A DNA stretch of 64,000 nt from an uncultured Atribacterota bacterium. Lineage in GTDB: Bacteria; Atribacterota; JALVIU01. Each line of letters begins with the position of its first letter. The first letter of the stretch is position 1. The DNA is taken from NCBI GenBank assembly GCA_964462295.1, contig CAYWXH010000001.1, positions 452 through 64,451 of the forward strand, given 5' to 3'. Position numbers and translations under genes: made by a program. Positions 46,916-57,743 of the stretch are shown here, piece by piece. Below the pieces are notes generated by a model. The model saw only the letters and a list, made by a program, of their open reading frames with translations. It ran no database searches and was not told the DNA's origin.

Positions 46916-46933
46916 ACCCCGTCCTTACAAATT

Positions 46934-47911
46934 TTATTTCTTTGGAATAAGATTCTCTGGTATTTTTATACCTATTTCTTTGTAATATCTTATTGCACCT
47001 GGATGAAGTGGTGCACCTAACTTTACGATGTCATTGATATTCAACATCTTTCCAAATGGATGCATCTCTTCCATGATTTTTCTGTTTTCCCAGAATGCCT
47101 TTGTAATTTTGTAGGCAATATCTTCAGGTAGATCAGAAGTTGTGTATGTTCCTACAGGGTTAGAGAAGGTTTTTACATCATAATCAACACCGGGATAGAT
47201 ACCAGACGGAATTGTAAATCTTGTAAATACAGGATATTTCTTCTTAAACTTCTTCCAGTCATCATCATTTAGGGAAAGTAATCTAATTTTTACTGTTGCA
47301 GCAAGTTCTGTAATTGCAGGGCTTGGTGGAGGTGAAGATGTAGCAAAACCTACTACTTTTTTATTCTTTACAGCATCTGTTGCTTCTTTAAGTGCTACTC
47401 TTACAATCTTTACCTTATCAAGAATGCCTAAAGTTTTAAAAAGATCAAGAGTAATTGCTTCTCCAGAGCTTCCAAGGCCTCCAGGAATAAATGGCTTACC
47501 TTTTAAATCTTCAAAGGTTTTTACGCCACTATCTTCTCTTACTACCCAATGCATTACAATCCCAGGTATAGGCCAAAGGGCGCGAATCTTTTCATATCCA
47601 CCTTCTTTGAATTTTCCTTGTTTGTTGAAGGCCTTTAGTATGTTAGATACAGTAGATGTAAAGATGTAGTTTTTTCTTGTTTTTGATGCCTTTACATTTG
47701 CAACAGAACCAAGACTCTCCTCTACTATTACATCTACATCTGGTGCGCCTGCCATAATGGCCTTTGCCATACCTACTGCAAAGGCATAATAGGTTGATGC
47801 GGTGTTTGCAGACTTAAGTGAAAGCCTTACTTTAGCAAAAGAAAGACCAGAAAAGAGCAGTAATCCTACAAGGGTAAGACTGACAATCATAAAAAGCTTA
47901 GATTTTTTCAT
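46934..47911 (-). CDS. TRAP transporter solute receptor, TAXI family
   Basis: Signal peptide; ...TASTYYAFAVGMAKAIMAGAPDVDVIVEESLGSVANV is a TAXI/Imp-like N-terminus; 325 aa. Confidence 0.75.
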   Translation of the reverse strand: MKKSKLFMIVSLTLVGLLLFSGLSFAKVRLSLKSANTASTYYAFAVGMAKAIMAGAPDVDVIVEESLGSVANVKASKTRKNYIFTSTVSNILKAFNKQGKFKEGGYEKIRALWPIPGIVMHWVVREDSGVKTFEDLKGKPFIPGGLGSSGEAITLDLFKTLGILDKVKIVRVALKEATDAVKNKKVVGFATSSPPPSPAITELAATVKIRLLSLNDDDWKKFKKKYPVFTRFTIPSGIYPGVDYDVKTFSNPVGTYTTSDLPEDIAYKITKAFWENRKIMEEMHPFGKMLNINDIVKLGAPLHPGAIRYYKEIGIKIPENLIPKK

Positions 47912-47975
47912 AATGCATACCTCCCTTAAAATAATATTTTAATATAATAATAGATTTTTTTCATTTTGTCAATCC

Positions 47976-48812
47976 TTAACCCTTAAGTGACCCTGCAAGC
48001 AATCCTCTTAAAAAGTATCTGCCAAAGAATATATATACCAAAAGAGGAGGAATAGCTACAAGTAATGCCCCTGCCATTTGTATGTTCCACTGTACTATGT
48101 AGCTTCCTGCCAGATTATTAAGGGCAACTGTCACAGGCTGTACAGATGGATTTGGGGTTACGATAAGCCCAAAGAGAAAGTCATTCCAGATAGATGTAAA
48201 CTGCCATATCATAACTACTGCAAATGCTGGCATAGAGAGGGGTAAGAGTATGTGTTTGTATACTCCTAAAAAGTTTGCACCATCTATCTTTCCTGCCTCA
48301 ACGAGTTCTCCTGGTACCCCTTGGTAATAATTCATAAAGATTAGACTTGTAATAGGGATACCATATACTACATGTGTAAAGATAAGTCCAGGGATAGAGC
48401 CATAAAGCCCTGTTTTTCTAAGTACCTGAACAAGTGGTATGAGAATACTTTGATAAGGTATAAACATACCAAAAAGGATAAGTGGAAAGATAAAGTCAGA
48501 ACCTTTAAATTTCCATTTACTAAATACATAACCATTCATAGAACCCAAGAAGGATGAAATGATTGTTGCAGGTATTACAAGGTATAAACTGTTTAAAAAA
48601 CTCCCCTTAAGTCCTCTATAGCCCTTATCTTCATTTCCAAGCCATGCATCTTTAAAACTCTCTAAGGTAATATGTTTGGGGAGATGCCACATATTTTTCA
48701 AACTTACTTCGGAAAAACTTTTCAGACTCGTGGCAAATAGTACATATACAGGTATCAGATAGATTATTGCAAGAAAAATGAGTATAGCATAGATTATTGG
48801 TTTTTTGCTCAT
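47976..48812 (-). CDS. carbohydrate ABC transporter permease (MalG-like)
   Basis: 278 aa, 6 TM; EAA loop AGKIDGANFLGVYKHILLPLSMP; C-terminal ...FGRYFLRGLLAGSLKG. Confidence 0.8.
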   Translation of the reverse strand: MSKKPIIYAILIFLAIIYLIPVYVLFATSLKSFSEVSLKNMWHLPKHITLESFKDAWLGNEDKGYRGLKGSFLNSLYLVIPATIISSFLGSMNGYVFSKWKFKGSDFIFPLILFGMFIPYQSILIPLVQVLRKTGLYGSIPGLIFTHVVYGIPITSLIFMNYYQGVPGELVEAGKIDGANFLGVYKHILLPLSMPAFAVVMIWQFTSIWNDFLFGLIVTPNPSVQPVTVALNNLAGSYIVQWNIQMAGALLVAIPPLLVYIFFGRYFLRGLLAGSLKG

Positions 48813-49714
48813 TATTCTCCCACCTCCCCACGGCGTGCATTATATATAAGGTATGGAATAACAAGTACCCCTACCATTATTAGCATAACTATTGCTATAC
48901 TTGCTCCTCTTGCAAATTTGTTTCCTCTGAATGTGGTGTCATACATAAAGTATGCAGGCACATCTGTTGAAAATCCTTCACCCGGCCCTGTCATTGCCAT
49001 TATAAGGTCAAAAATTTTGAGAGATATATGCCCTAAAATAATAACAGCACCTATAGTAATAGGTTTTAATAATGGGAGAATAATGTATCTATAAACTTGT
49101 GCAGGCGTTGCCCCATCTACCTGTGCCGCCTCTCTTAGTTCATAGGATATCCCCCTAAGACCTGCAAGATACATAGCCATTGTATACCCTGAAAGCTGCC
49201 AAACAGCTGCGATGACCACAGCTTTTATTCCTATATTTGGGTCAGTATACCATCCTGATTTTAAGAAACCAAGACCTAACATATCAAATAGCTGATTTAT
49301 TCCTACACTTCCTAATTGCGTACTTCCAGGATTTAGGAGCCATCTCCATACTACCCCTGTTACGATAAATGAAAGAGACATAGGAAACAAGAAGATGCTT
49401 CTAAAGATACTTTCTCCCTTTATTTTTTGATCAAGCAAGATGGCAAGTCCCAATCCTAAAACAATGCAAGATGTGATAAATAAGACTGTAAATACAAGGG
49501 TGTTATGAAGGTCTATTTGAAATCTTTCTATCTGAAATAGTCTTATATAATTTTTAAGCCCTACAAATTTTAAGTTGGGGATTACATTATTCCATTTGGT
49601 CATAGAGATATAACCTGTCCATCCAATAAACATATATATAAAAATAAAAATGGCGATTATTGAGGGAAGCACAAATAAAATCGCATAAAATCTATCTTGA
49701 TTTAGTTTCCTCAT
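48812..49714 (-). CDS. carbohydrate ABC transporter permease (MalF-like)
   Basis: 300 aa, 6 TM; EAAQVDGATPAQVYRYIILPLLKP. Confidence 0.8.
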   Translation of the reverse strand: MRKLNQDRFYAILFVLPSIIAIFIFIYMFIGWTGYISMTKWNNVIPNLKFVGLKNYIRLFQIERFQIDLHNTLVFTVLFITSCIVLGLGLAILLDQKIKGESIFRSIFLFPMSLSFIVTGVVWRWLLNPGSTQLGSVGINQLFDMLGLGFLKSGWYTDPNIGIKAVVIAAVWQLSGYTMAMYLAGLRGISYELREAAQVDGATPAQVYRYIILPLLKPITIGAVIILGHISLKIFDLIMAMTGPGEGFSTDVPAYFMYDTTFRGNKFARGASIAIVMLIMVGVLVIPYLIYNARRGEVGE

Positions 49715-49741
49715 TTTTATTTTTATCTCCTTTACATAAAA

Positions 49742-49767
49742 TTAAAGGGGGCATATGCCCCCTTTAA
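49742..49767 (-). terminator. perfect palindromic hairpin between the substrate-binding-protein gene and the permease genes (attenuating terminator)
   Basis: ttaaaggggg-catatg-ccccctttaa. The minus-strand transcript continues uuaauuuuau, then the RBS aaaggag of the permease. Confidence 0.6.
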
Positions 49768-49782
49768 GCTAATACTTGAAAT

Positions 49783-51030
49783 TTATTGGTCAACCCCAGC
49801 GTCTTCTGCTGCCATTACAAGGGCTCTTTGGGTTTTTATCACATTTCTTTTTGCTACAAAGAGTGCTATAGCATCTTTATATTCTGTTGCCCATCCTGCG
49901 CTTGCTGCAGCACCATGTATTACACTTGGTACGATTTTGTCCTTATTCCAATCCTTTGCACAGGACTGTAAGTATGCATTGAAGTCTGACATATCTACAT
50001 CTGTTCTTGCAGGAATAGAACCTTTTTTCATATTGAATGCCTTTTGTGCTTCTTTAGAACCAAGAAGCTTTAACCAAGCAACAACATTATCTCTATGTTT
50101 GCAGCCTTTTGGAAGACCAAAGCTATCAGAGAGTGCATCAAATATGCCCTGATTCCCAGGCGCCAATGTCCATCCGTAATCTTCGAATTTTTTGGACATA
50201 AACCAACCATTGGTCCAGTCTCCCATAATCATCATAGCACCTTTTCCTTCAATGAGATACTGTCCTGCCTCATCCCATGTAAGTGCAGAATGGTCTGTAT
50301 TTACATAATTTAGCATTTTATCAAAAAGAACCAAAGCCTCTGCTACTCTCTTGTCAGACCATTTTGTCTTGCCTGTCCATAGACCTTTATAACCTTCTGC
50401 GCCTAATGTTCCAATAAGGAATGTTTCAAACACATGACCTGCTTCCCATCCATCTTTTGTTCCCATTACAATAGGTACTATACCCTCTTTTTTGAGTTTT
50501 TCACATACTGCAAAGAATTCATCAAAGGTCTTTGGAGGAGTGATATTGTATTTTTCAAATACAGGTTTGCTGTACCAAAGTACATTTGCCCTATGGATAT
50601 TTACAGGAACAGACCAGTAGTCACCTTTGTATTTTACGATATTTAATATGCCAGGAGGCATAACCTTTTCCCAGCCTTCTTTCTTATATAAAAATGTTAC
50701 AGGTTCCATATATCCTGTCTTTACCCAGGTATCAATAAGTTCATGGCCTGCATGTACTTGGAAGGAATCAGGCGGATCTCCACCAAGCATCCTTGTCTTA
50801 AGTACAGCTTTTGCATTTGTTCCTGCACCACCTGCAACTGTGGCATTAATAATCTTTACATTAGGATATAATTTGTGGTAAAGATTAAACAGGGCATTTA
50901 AACCTTCTGCCTCACCCCCTGCTGTCCACCAACTAAAAATCTCAAGTTTCCCAGAAAGCCCTGCAAATGCAAGTGTACTCAGTAAGAGACTAAAAATAAC
51001 TGTTAATACTAATAGTTTTGCACCTTTCAT
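49783..51030 (-). CDS. carbohydrate ABC transporter substrate-binding protein
   Basis: Signal peptide MKGAKLLVLTVIFSLLLSTLAFA; 415 aa, family-1 solute-binding protein layout. Confidence 0.8.
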   Translation of the reverse strand: MKGAKLLVLTVIFSLLLSTLAFAGLSGKLEIFSWWTAGGEAEGLNALFNLYHKLYPNVKIINATVAGGAGTNAKAVLKTRMLGGDPPDSFQVHAGHELIDTWVKTGYMEPVTFLYKKEGWEKVMPPGILNIVKYKGDYWSVPVNIHRANVLWYSKPVFEKYNITPPKTFDEFFAVCEKLKKEGIVPIVMGTKDGWEAGHVFETFLIGTLGAEGYKGLWTGKTKWSDKRVAEALVLFDKMLNYVNTDHSALTWDEAGQYLIEGKGAMMIMGDWTNGWFMSKKFEDYGWTLAPGNQGIFDALSDSFGLPKGCKHRDNVVAWLKLLGSKEAQKAFNMKKGSIPARTDVDMSDFNAYLQSCAKDWNKDKIVPSVIHGAAASAGWATEYKDAIALFVAKRNVIKTQRALVMAAEDAGVDQ

Positions 51031-51280
51031 AATAAAGCCTCCTTTCCAAATTTTTCTCCTTTTTTGATTTAAAGGAGATAGTTTTAGTTTATTTCATGCT
51101 AATTATATCACTTTTTTTCCTTTTTTGTAAAGGGATAGTCATCCAGAAAATAGATTTAGATAAAGTTTTTATGAGATATAAAATATATTTTGGAATATTC
51201 TTAAATTTTTAGTTGACATAATTGCAGATTTTTTATATACTTATATAGCCTTTGTCTATATAAGTAAATTGAGGGGTAAT

Positions 51281-52615
51281 ATGTTTGATTCTTTAAGTCA
51301 GAAATTGCAAGGAATATTTGAAAAATTAAAAAGAAAGGCCAAGCTTAGCGAGAAGGATGTAGATGCGGTCCTTAAAGAGATAAGAGTTGCACTTTTAGAG
51401 GCAGATGTAAATTATAAGGTTGTAAAAACCTTTATCTCTCGGGTAAAAGAAAAGGCCTTAGGTAAAGAGGTCTTGGAAAGCTTTACTCCTGCCCAACAGA
51501 TTGTAAAAATAGTGAGGGATGAACTTATCTACCTTCTCGGGGAGACCTCTAAAGGGATTTCCATAAAGGAACCGTATCCTTTTCTTATGCTTATGGTAGG
51601 CCTTCAGGGTTCAGGTAAAACAACTACAACTGGCAAGTTGGCTAATTTCTTAAAGAAAGAAAAAGGTAGGAGACCTCTTCTTGTAGGGCTTGATGTGAAA
51701 AGGCCTGCAGCATCAAGGCAACTTGCCATAATTTCTGAAAAAGTAGGCGTACCTTATGTAATAGATGAAAGTGGTAAAACCTCTCCTTTAAAGCTTTTGG
51801 AAATGGCTATAAAGAAGGCAGAAAAAGAGGGTTTTGATGTGGTAATAGGAGATACCGCAGGTAGGCTTCAAGTAGATGAAGAGATGATGACTGAACTTGA
51901 GGAGATGGAAAAAAGGTTTAACCCTCGAGAGATCCTTTTGGTTATAGATGCAATGATAGGACAAGAGGCAGTTAATGTTGCAAAGATATTTAATGAGAGG
52001 CTCAATATTACAGGTTTTATACTTACAAAGATGGATGGAGATGCAAGGGGGGGTGCAGCACTTTCTATCCGTGAGATCACAGGAAAACCTATTAAGCTTA
52101 TTGGTGTAGGAGAGAAAATAGAAGATTTAGAGTTTTTCTATCCTGACCGAATAGCCTCTCGTATTCTTGGAATGGGGGATATGCTTACCCTTATTGAAAA
52201 GATCGAGAAGACGCAGGATAAGAAAAAACAAGAAGAGACTGCAAAAAAGTTTGCAAAAAATCAGTTTAATTTTGAGGATTTTTTGGATCAACTCCATCAG
52301 ATAAAAAAGATGGGTCCCTTAGATAACCTTTTGAGTATGGTTCCAGGACTTTCCCCTGGAGGAAAGCTTCCGCAGGTAGATGAGAAAGAGCTTGTCAAGA
52401 TAGAGGCTATAATTAATTCTATGACAAGAGAGGAAAGAAGACATCCAGAAATAATAAATGCAAGCAGAAGAAAGAGAATCGCCAGGGGAAGTGGCACAGA
52501 AATCTCAGATGTTAATAGATTGATAGGACAGTTTAAAAAGATGAAGAAGATGATGAAAAAATTAAAGAGGATGAAGAATATAAAAACAGGTATTTCAAAT
52601 TTTTTACCATTTTAA
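51281..52615 (+). CDS. ffh: signal recognition particle protein Ffh
   Basis: MFDSLSQKLQGIFEKL...; GLQGSGKTTT, DTAGR, TKMDGDARGG; M-domain MMKKLKRM. The ATG at 51281 has gagggg upstream; the track's TTG extension is unlikely. Confidence 0.9.
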   Translation: MFDSLSQKLQGIFEKLKRKAKLSEKDVDAVLKEIRVALLEADVNYKVVKTFISRVKEKALGKEVLESFTPAQQIVKIVRDELIYLLGETSKGISIKEPYPFLMLMVGLQGSGKTTTTGKLANFLKKEKGRRPLLVGLDVKRPAASRQLAIISEKVGVPYVIDESGKTSPLKLLEMAIKKAEKEGFDVVIGDTAGRLQVDEEMMTELEEMEKRFNPREILLVIDAMIGQEAVNVAKIFNERLNITGFILTKMDGDARGGAALSIREITGKPIKLIGVGEKIEDLEFFYPDRIASRILGMGDMLTLIEKIEKTQDKKKQEETAKKFAKNQFNFEDFLDQLHQIKKMGPLDNLLSMVPGLSPGGKLPQVDEKELVKIEAIINSMTREERRHPEIINASRRKRIARGSGTEISDVNRLIGQFKKMKKMMKKLKRMKNIKTGISNFLPF

Positions 52616-52633
52616 GTTAAGGAGGTGAAATAG

Positions 52634-52882
52634 TTGGCAGTAAAAATTAGACTTACAAGGATGGGAGCAAAGAAGAGGCCATTTTACAGGATAGTAGCTG
52701 TAGACTCAAGGGCTCCAAGGGATGGTAAATATCTTGACCTTATAGGCTACTATGATCCTATAGGGGCAAGTCCAGAGGAGATTAAAATCGATGAAGAAAA
52801 GCTAAAATATTGGCTTGAAAATGGTGCACATCTTACAGAGACTACAAAGAATATAGTCAAAAAAGCGGGAATTAGTATATAA
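52634..52882 (+). CDS. rpsP: 30S ribosomal protein S16
   Basis: [35 protein letters not shown]...GYYDP; TTG start after aggaggtg. Confidence 0.9.
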   Translation: MAVKIRLTRMGAKKRPFYRIVAVDSRAPRDGKYLDLIGYYDPIGASPEEIKIDEEKLKYWLENGAHLTETTKNIVKKAGISI

Positions 52883-52909
52883 CATACAGTGTAAGGGAGG
52901 TACTATTTT

Positions 52910-53140
52910 ATGAAAGAACTACTTGAATATATAATCAAGGCATTGGTAGACCGTCCAGAAGAGGTAAATATCAATGTGGTGGATGGTTCTCGCTCTGTAA
53001 TATTTGAAGTAAAAGTAGCACCTGAAGATGTAGGTAAGATTATAGGGAAAGAAGGTAGGATTGCTAAGGCTATAAGGACTGTTATAAAGGCTGCAGCTAT
53101 AAAAGAAGGAAAAAGGGCAACAGTAGAGATTATAGACTAA
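52910..53140 (+). CDS. KH-domain RNA-binding protein (YlqC/UPF0109)
   Basis: 76 aa; VGKIIGKEGRIAKAIRTV is a GxxG KH motif; conserved position between rpsP and rimM. Confidence 0.8.
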   Translation: MKELLEYIIKALVDRPEEVNINVVDGSRSVIFEVKVAPEDVGKIIGKEGRIAKAIRTVIKAAAIKEGKRATVEIID

Positions 53141-53144
53141 AAAG

Positions 53145-53657
53145 GTGGATAAAACTTCTTTTAGAGCAATAGGAAAGATTATATCTCATTGGGGAACAAA
53201 AGGTCATTTGAAGGTTTATGCCCTCACCTTTTCCCCAGAGAGGTTTTATAAACTTTCCGGTGTGTATGTCTCATCAGAGAAAGATAGGCAATTTTTTAAA
53301 ATAAAGGAAGTTAAACCTTATAAAGGAAATGTTTGGCTTTTTAGATTAGAAGATATAGAAACAATTTCTGATGCAGAAAAGCTTAGAGGATTTTACCTTG
53401 AGGTACCTGAGGAAGAGGTAATTTCTCTTCCTGAAGATACATATTTTATTGATGATCTAATAGGTAGTAAGGTTTTTTCAGAGGACGGTATTTTTATAGG
53501 TACACTTGAAAATATAATAGAGGGTTTGGCAAGTGATATTTATGTTATTAAAAATGGGGAGAAAGAGGTATTGGTCCCTGCAGTAAAAGAGTTTATAAAA
53601 GAGGTTTGCCCAAAAGAAAAGAAAATAATTATAAATGTTATAGAGGGTCTTATATGA
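53145..53657 (+). CDS. rimM: 16S rRNA processing protein RimM
   Basis: GTG start; IGKIISHWGTKGHLKV...; C-terminal PRC barrel; conserved rpsP-rimM-trmD order. Confidence 0.8.
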   Translation: MDKTSFRAIGKIISHWGTKGHLKVYALTFSPERFYKLSGVYVSSEKDRQFFKIKEVKPYKGNVWLFRLEDIETISDAEKLRGFYLEVPEEEVISLPEDTYFIDDLIGSKVFSEDGIFIGTLENIIEGLASDIYVIKNGEKEVLVPAVKEFIKEVCPKEKKIIINVIEGLI

Positions 53658-54424
53658 GATTTGATATACTTACTATTTTTCCTGAAATGTTTACCCCTCT
53701 TTCTCAGAGTATAATAGGTAAGGCTCAGGAAGAAGGGGTTGTAGAGATTTATATTCACAACTTGAGAGATTTTTCAAAAGATCCTCATAAAACCGTAGAT
53801 GATTATCCATACGGTGGGGGAGCAGGGATGGTTTTCAAAATAGAACCCCTATACAAGGCCTTAAAATACCTAAAAAAAATAAGTCCTCTTTCCCCTAAAA
53901 TGATCTCTATGTCTCCCCAGGGTAGAGTTTTTTCTCAAGAGGTGGCGGTAGAACTTGCAGAATATGAGAGAATTATTGTAATTTGCGGACATTATGAAGG
54001 AATAGATGAAAGAATTTATGATTTTTTCCCTATAGAGGAGATCTCTATAGGGGATTATATCCTTACAGGAGGAGAAATCCCTGCAATGGTAATGGTAGAT
54101 GCTGTATCAAGAATGGTGCCAAAGGTGCTGGGGAATAAAGATTCATTGGAATGGGAATCTTTTAATAGAGGTCTTTTGGATTACCCTCATTATACAAGAC
54201 CTAAGGAATTTAAAGGGAAAAAAGTACCAGAGGTCTTATTGAGCGGTAATCATCAGGAGATTGAGAAATGGAGAAAGACCCAGTCTATTATAAGAACACT
54301 TATAAGAAGGCCGGATCTTTTAAAAAGTGCAAATCTTTCAGACAAAGAGAGGGAAATATTGAGAGATATAGAAAAAAGACTCGGAGAGGAGGTGTCACAT
54401 GAACGAGATAATAAGAGAGATTGA
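53654..54424 (+). CDS. trmD: tRNA (guanine37-N1)-methyltransferase TrmD
   Basis: [13 protein letters not shown]...[12 protein letters not shown]...[12 protein letters not shown]; ATG at 53654 after gaggg. The track ORF starts further upstream inside rimM. Confidence 0.9.
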   Translation: MRFDILTIFPEMFTPLSQSIIGKAQEEGVVEIYIHNLRDFSKDPHKTVDDYPYGGGAGMVFKIEPLYKALKYLKKISPLSPKMISMSPQGRVFSQEVAVELAEYERIIVICGHYEGIDERIYDFFPIEEISIGDYILTGGEIPAMVMVDAVSRMVPKVLGNKDSLEWESFNRGLLDYPHYTRPKEFKGKKVPEVLLSGNHQEIEKWRKTQSIIRTLIRRPDLLKSANLSDKEREILRDIEKRLGEEVSHERDNKRD

Positions 54425-54743
54425 AAAAGAGTATCTAAGAGATGATCTACCTGAAATCAAAGTTGGAGATACAGTAAAACTCTATGTAAAGGTCGTAGAA
54501 GATGAAAAAGAAAGGGTGCAGCCATTTGAGGGAGTTGTAATCAGAAGAAGAGGTGGGGGCACAAGAGAGACTTTTACCGTAAGGAAGGTATCCCAAGGTA
54601 TAGCTATAGAGAGGGTTTTTCCTTTACATTCTCCAAGATTAGTAAAGGTAGAAATTCTTAAGAGAGCAAAAATTAGAAGGGCTAAGCTCTACTATCTTAG
54701 AGATAAGATTGGAAAGAAGGCTAAACTTAAGGAATTAAGATGA
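54399..54743 (+). CDS. rplS: 50S ribosomal protein L19
   Basis: [54 protein letters not shown]. Confidence 0.9.
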   Translation: MNEIIREIEKEYLRDDLPEIKVGDTVKLYVKVVEDEKERVQPFEGVVIRRRGGGTRETFTVRKVSQGIAIERVFPLHSPRLVKVEILKRAKIRRAKLYYLRDKIGKKAKLKELR

Positions 54744-55270
54744 AAAAGACCTTTCTTGCCCAGGTAAAAGAGACACTTGTTACTATTGCCATAGCATTAG
54801 TTTTGGCATTAATTATAAGGGCCTTTATATTACAGACCTTTTATATACCAACAGGTTCTATGATTCCCACTATAATGCCAGGGGATAGGGTTATAGCCCT
54901 GAAGTTCTGGTACTATTTTACCCCTCCACAGAGGGGAGATATAGTGGTATTCAAATCTCCGGAAGAACCTAAAATTCTTGTAAAAAGATTAATAGGTCTT
55001 CCTGGAGATACTATCTTGATAAAAGATGGTAAGATTTATATAAATGGTAAACTTTGGGATAATAAAAAGGTCTCACATATAAGATACTATGCTATAGGTC
55101 CTTATGGGGTGGGTGAGCAAAAAGTTCCACCTGGTAAATACTATATGCTTGGGGATAATAGTGAAAATAGTGATGATAGTCGTTTTTGGGGATTTGCCCC
55201 ACGAAAGAATATCTTAGGAAAAGTGGTATTTACATATTGGCCTATAACCCATATTAAAGTTTTATATTAA
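54740..55270 (+). CDS. lepB: signal peptidase I
   Basis: N-terminal TM; SMIPT (Ser box); [14 protein letters not shown] (box E). Confidence 0.85.
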   Translation: MKKTFLAQVKETLVTIAIALVLALIIRAFILQTFYIPTGSMIPTIMPGDRVIALKFWYYFTPPQRGDIVVFKSPEEPKILVKRLIGLPGDTILIKDGKIYINGKLWDNKKVSHIRYYAIGPYGVGEQKVPPGKYYMLGDNSENSDDSRFWGFAPRKNILGKVVFTYWPITHIKVLY

Positions 55271-55867
55271 ATGAACAAGCTTCTTTATTATGAGAATATG
55301 TTATGGGAGCTTGGATATAAAGACATAATGGGCATAGATGAGGCAGGAAGAGGTGCCTTATCTGGCCCATTAGTTGTTGCAGGAGTGATATATAGAAAAG
55401 ATGAGGTAGTAGAGGAGGCGAGGGATTCCAAGGTTTTATCCCCCCAAGAAAGGGAAAGGCTCTATTTTAAAATTCTAAAAAAGGCAAAAAAGGTATCTGT
55501 TGGGATTGTGGCCCCTCTTATTATAGATAAGGTTAATATATATAATGCCACACTTTATGGTATAAGAGAAATTACCTCTATTACTCCTTCTCCTGATTAT
55601 CTACTATTAGATGCCCTTTTGCTTAAAGATTTAAATATTCCGCAAATAAAGCTTATAAAAGGAGAAAGGAAAAGTATATCTATTGCTTCTGCTTCTATTG
55701 TAGCAAAAGTAACACGAGATTGGATAATGAAAAAGTTAGATAAGTTTTACCCAGAATATAGATGGTCAGAAAATAAGGGCTATCCTACAAAATATCATAT
55801 AAGTATGATTTCTAAAAAAGGGCTTACCCCTTTCCATAGAAGGAGCTATAAGCCTTGTCAAATTTAA
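55271..55867 (+). CDS. rnhB: ribonuclease HII
   Basis: MGIDEAGRGALSGPLVVAGV...; 198 aa. Confidence 0.9.
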   Translation: MNKLLYYENMLWELGYKDIMGIDEAGRGALSGPLVVAGVIYRKDEVVEEARDSKVLSPQERERLYFKILKKAKKVSVGIVAPLIIDKVNIYNATLYGIREITSITPSPDYLLLDALLLKDLNIPQIKLIKGERKSISIASASIVAKVTRDWIMKKLDKFYPEYRWSENKGYPTKYHISMISKKGLTPFHRRSYKPCQI

Positions 55868-56220
55868 AAGAGATCGGGAAAAAAGGAGAGAAAGCGGCAG
55901 AGCTTTTTTTACGTAAAAGGGGTTATAAAATTATCGAAAGAAATTTTAGAACACCATTCGGAGAGCTAGACTTAATTGTAAGAGATGATAATGTATTGGT
56001 TTTTGTAGAGGTAAAAACAAGAAGTTCTGAAAAATTTGGCCTACCTGAGGATGCTATAACCTATAAGAAGAGACTACATATAGTTAGGTCAGCGTTTTTT
56101 TACCTTAAGAAATATGGGCTAATGGATTGTCTCTATCGGTTTGATATTATTACAGTAATGCCTTCAGGTATAAGACATTACAAAAATGCATTTTCCGGAG
56201 AAGAGTTCCTATCCTTTTAG
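55855..56220 (+). CDS. YraN-family (UPF0102) endonuclease-like protein
   Basis: KGEKAAELFLRKRGYKIIERNFRTPFGELDLIVRDDNVLVFVEVKTRS matches YraN; TTG start overlapping the rnhB end. Confidence 0.75.
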   Translation: MSNLKEIGKKGEKAAELFLRKRGYKIIERNFRTPFGELDLIVRDDNVLVFVEVKTRSSEKFGLPEDAITYKKRLHIVRSAFFYLKKYGLMDCLYRFDIITVMPSGIRHYKNAFSGEEFLSF

Positions 56221-56221
56221 G

Positions 56222-57196
56222 TTATTTTCTTTTGTTTTTAAGCTTTCTTTCAAGAAGCGGAAGGGCTTTTTTCATCTCTTTTTCTCCGAGTTCTATAAGT
56301 TTCTCCCTTTCTCCTTTACTTATATCAAAGTTAAGGCTTTTTACCTTAAGTTTGGGTGCGATTAATATATCTGCATTTTTTATCGATTCCTTTGTTTTAT
56401 CTTCAATCATAATAAACATAGAGCGTTCAATTATAGATACTGCATTATCCACCGAAACCTTTTCATTGGTTGATATACCCCTTAGTGCTACAGCAATAGT
56501 TATATCTGCCCCCATCTCTTTTACAATATCTATAGGTACAGGATCTTTAATGCCTCCGTCGATTAAATACATTTTTCCATAGGGTAATGGGGTAAAAAAT
56601 CCTGGTACACATATACTACCTGCTATTGCATTAGATAGTCTTCCACTTCCTATGGTAATCTTTTTTCCTGATATGAGATCTGTTGCTACTGCCTTATATG
56701 GTAAAGAAAGCTCATAATCTATAATAGCCCTGTTTGTTATTTCATCAAAGGCATCCCTTATCTTTATGGAACTTATAATACCACTTAAGAATGAAATTTT
56801 TGTTTTTTTGTTTAATAAATCGAAGTATAAAGTGAGGTATGGTTGGTTTCCAAAATTTTTGAATTTTAAATTATTTGTTCCAATTTTTATAAAATCATCA
56901 AAATCTAAGTTGAGCATAAAATCTTCTACCTTATCTATATCTCCCCATAAGGCATACAACCCTCCAACCATACTCCCTATACTTGTTCCTGCTATATAGT
57001 TAATATTATACCCTTCTGAAAGAAGCTCTTTTATTACACCTATATGCACAAATCCTCTCATTCCTCCTTCTCCTAATGCTAATCCTATAGTAGGTCGATT
57101 GGGACTTAAGGTAAGTGTGTATCCCAAAAGAGGAGAAAAAAAGAACAAAGAGAAAAGAATACTATAGATAAAAAACAAAAGTTTATTTTTTCTCAC
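56222..57196 (-). CDS. patatin-like phospholipase with N-terminal signal/TM segment
   Basis: GLALGEGGMRGFVHIGVIKEL (GGxRG oxyanion loop), GTSIGSMVG (GxSxG), DGG (catalytic Asp). Confidence 0.8.
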   Translation of the reverse strand: MRKNKLLFFIYSILFSLFFFSPLLGYTLTLSPNRPTIGLALGEGGMRGFVHIGVIKELLSEGYNINYIAGTSIGSMVGGLYALWGDIDKVEDFMLNLDFDDFIKIGTNNLKFKNFGNQPYLTLYFDLLNKKTKISFLSGIISSIKIRDAFDEITNRAIIDYELSLPYKAVATDLISGKKITIGSGRLSNAIAGSICVPGFFTPLPYGKMYLIDGGIKDPVPIDIVKEMGADITIAVALRGISTNEKVSVDNAVSIIERSMFIMIEDKTKESIKNADILIAPKLKVKSLNFDISKGEREKLIELGEKEMKKALPLLERKLKNKRK

Positions 57197-57743
57197 CCTG
57201 CTTCTCCTTTAGCCAGTTTAATATGATTTCTCTATTGGTTCTAAATGCTATCTCTTCCATAGGGGGCAGTTCCTCTGGGGAGAAAAATTTTGCTACCGCT
57301 GCATCATCTCCAGGTTTTAGTCTTTTTATATCATTTGTTATTTTTACCTTATATGCTATCAGTATCCCAGGCCCTCTAAGATCATTTATGTAAGGATAAA
57401 TGCCTAAGAGCTTATCTATTTTCACATCCAGATTTGTCTCTTCTTTGCATTCTCTAATAGCTGCATTTTCTGGGGTTTCATCAAATTCTACAAATCCTCC
57501 AGGAAGACACCACTTCCCCTTATGAGGTTGGATACCCCTTTTTACAAGGAGAATCTTATTATTATGTTCTACTAACACACTCGCACCTACTTTTGGATCT
57601 CTAAAAAATACAAACCCACATGAAGGGCAATATTTTCTCTTTCTACCATGAATTTCTTTTTCTTCTAGTAGGTGACCACATCTAGGACAAAATTTTATCT
57701 CTTCATATTTTAGTGCTGTACTCATATTTACATTATAATACAA
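57183..57743 (-). CDS. NUDIX hydrolase with N-terminal zinc ribbon (NudC-like)
   Basis: CPRCG...CPSCG zinc ribbon; Nudix box GGFVEFDETPENAAIRECKEETNL. The true start may be the downstream ATG at 57725 (MSTALKY...); neither candidate has a clear SD. Confidence 0.75.
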   Translation of the reverse strand: MYYNVNMSTALKYEEIKFCPRCGHLLEEKEIHGRKRKYCPSCGFVFFRDPKVGASVLVEHNNKILLVKRGIQPHKGKWCLPGGFVEFDETPENAAIRECKEETNLDVKIDKLLGIYPYINDLRGPGILIAYKVKITNDIKRLKPGDDAAVAKFFSPEELPPMEEIAFRTNREIILNWLKEKQGEKK

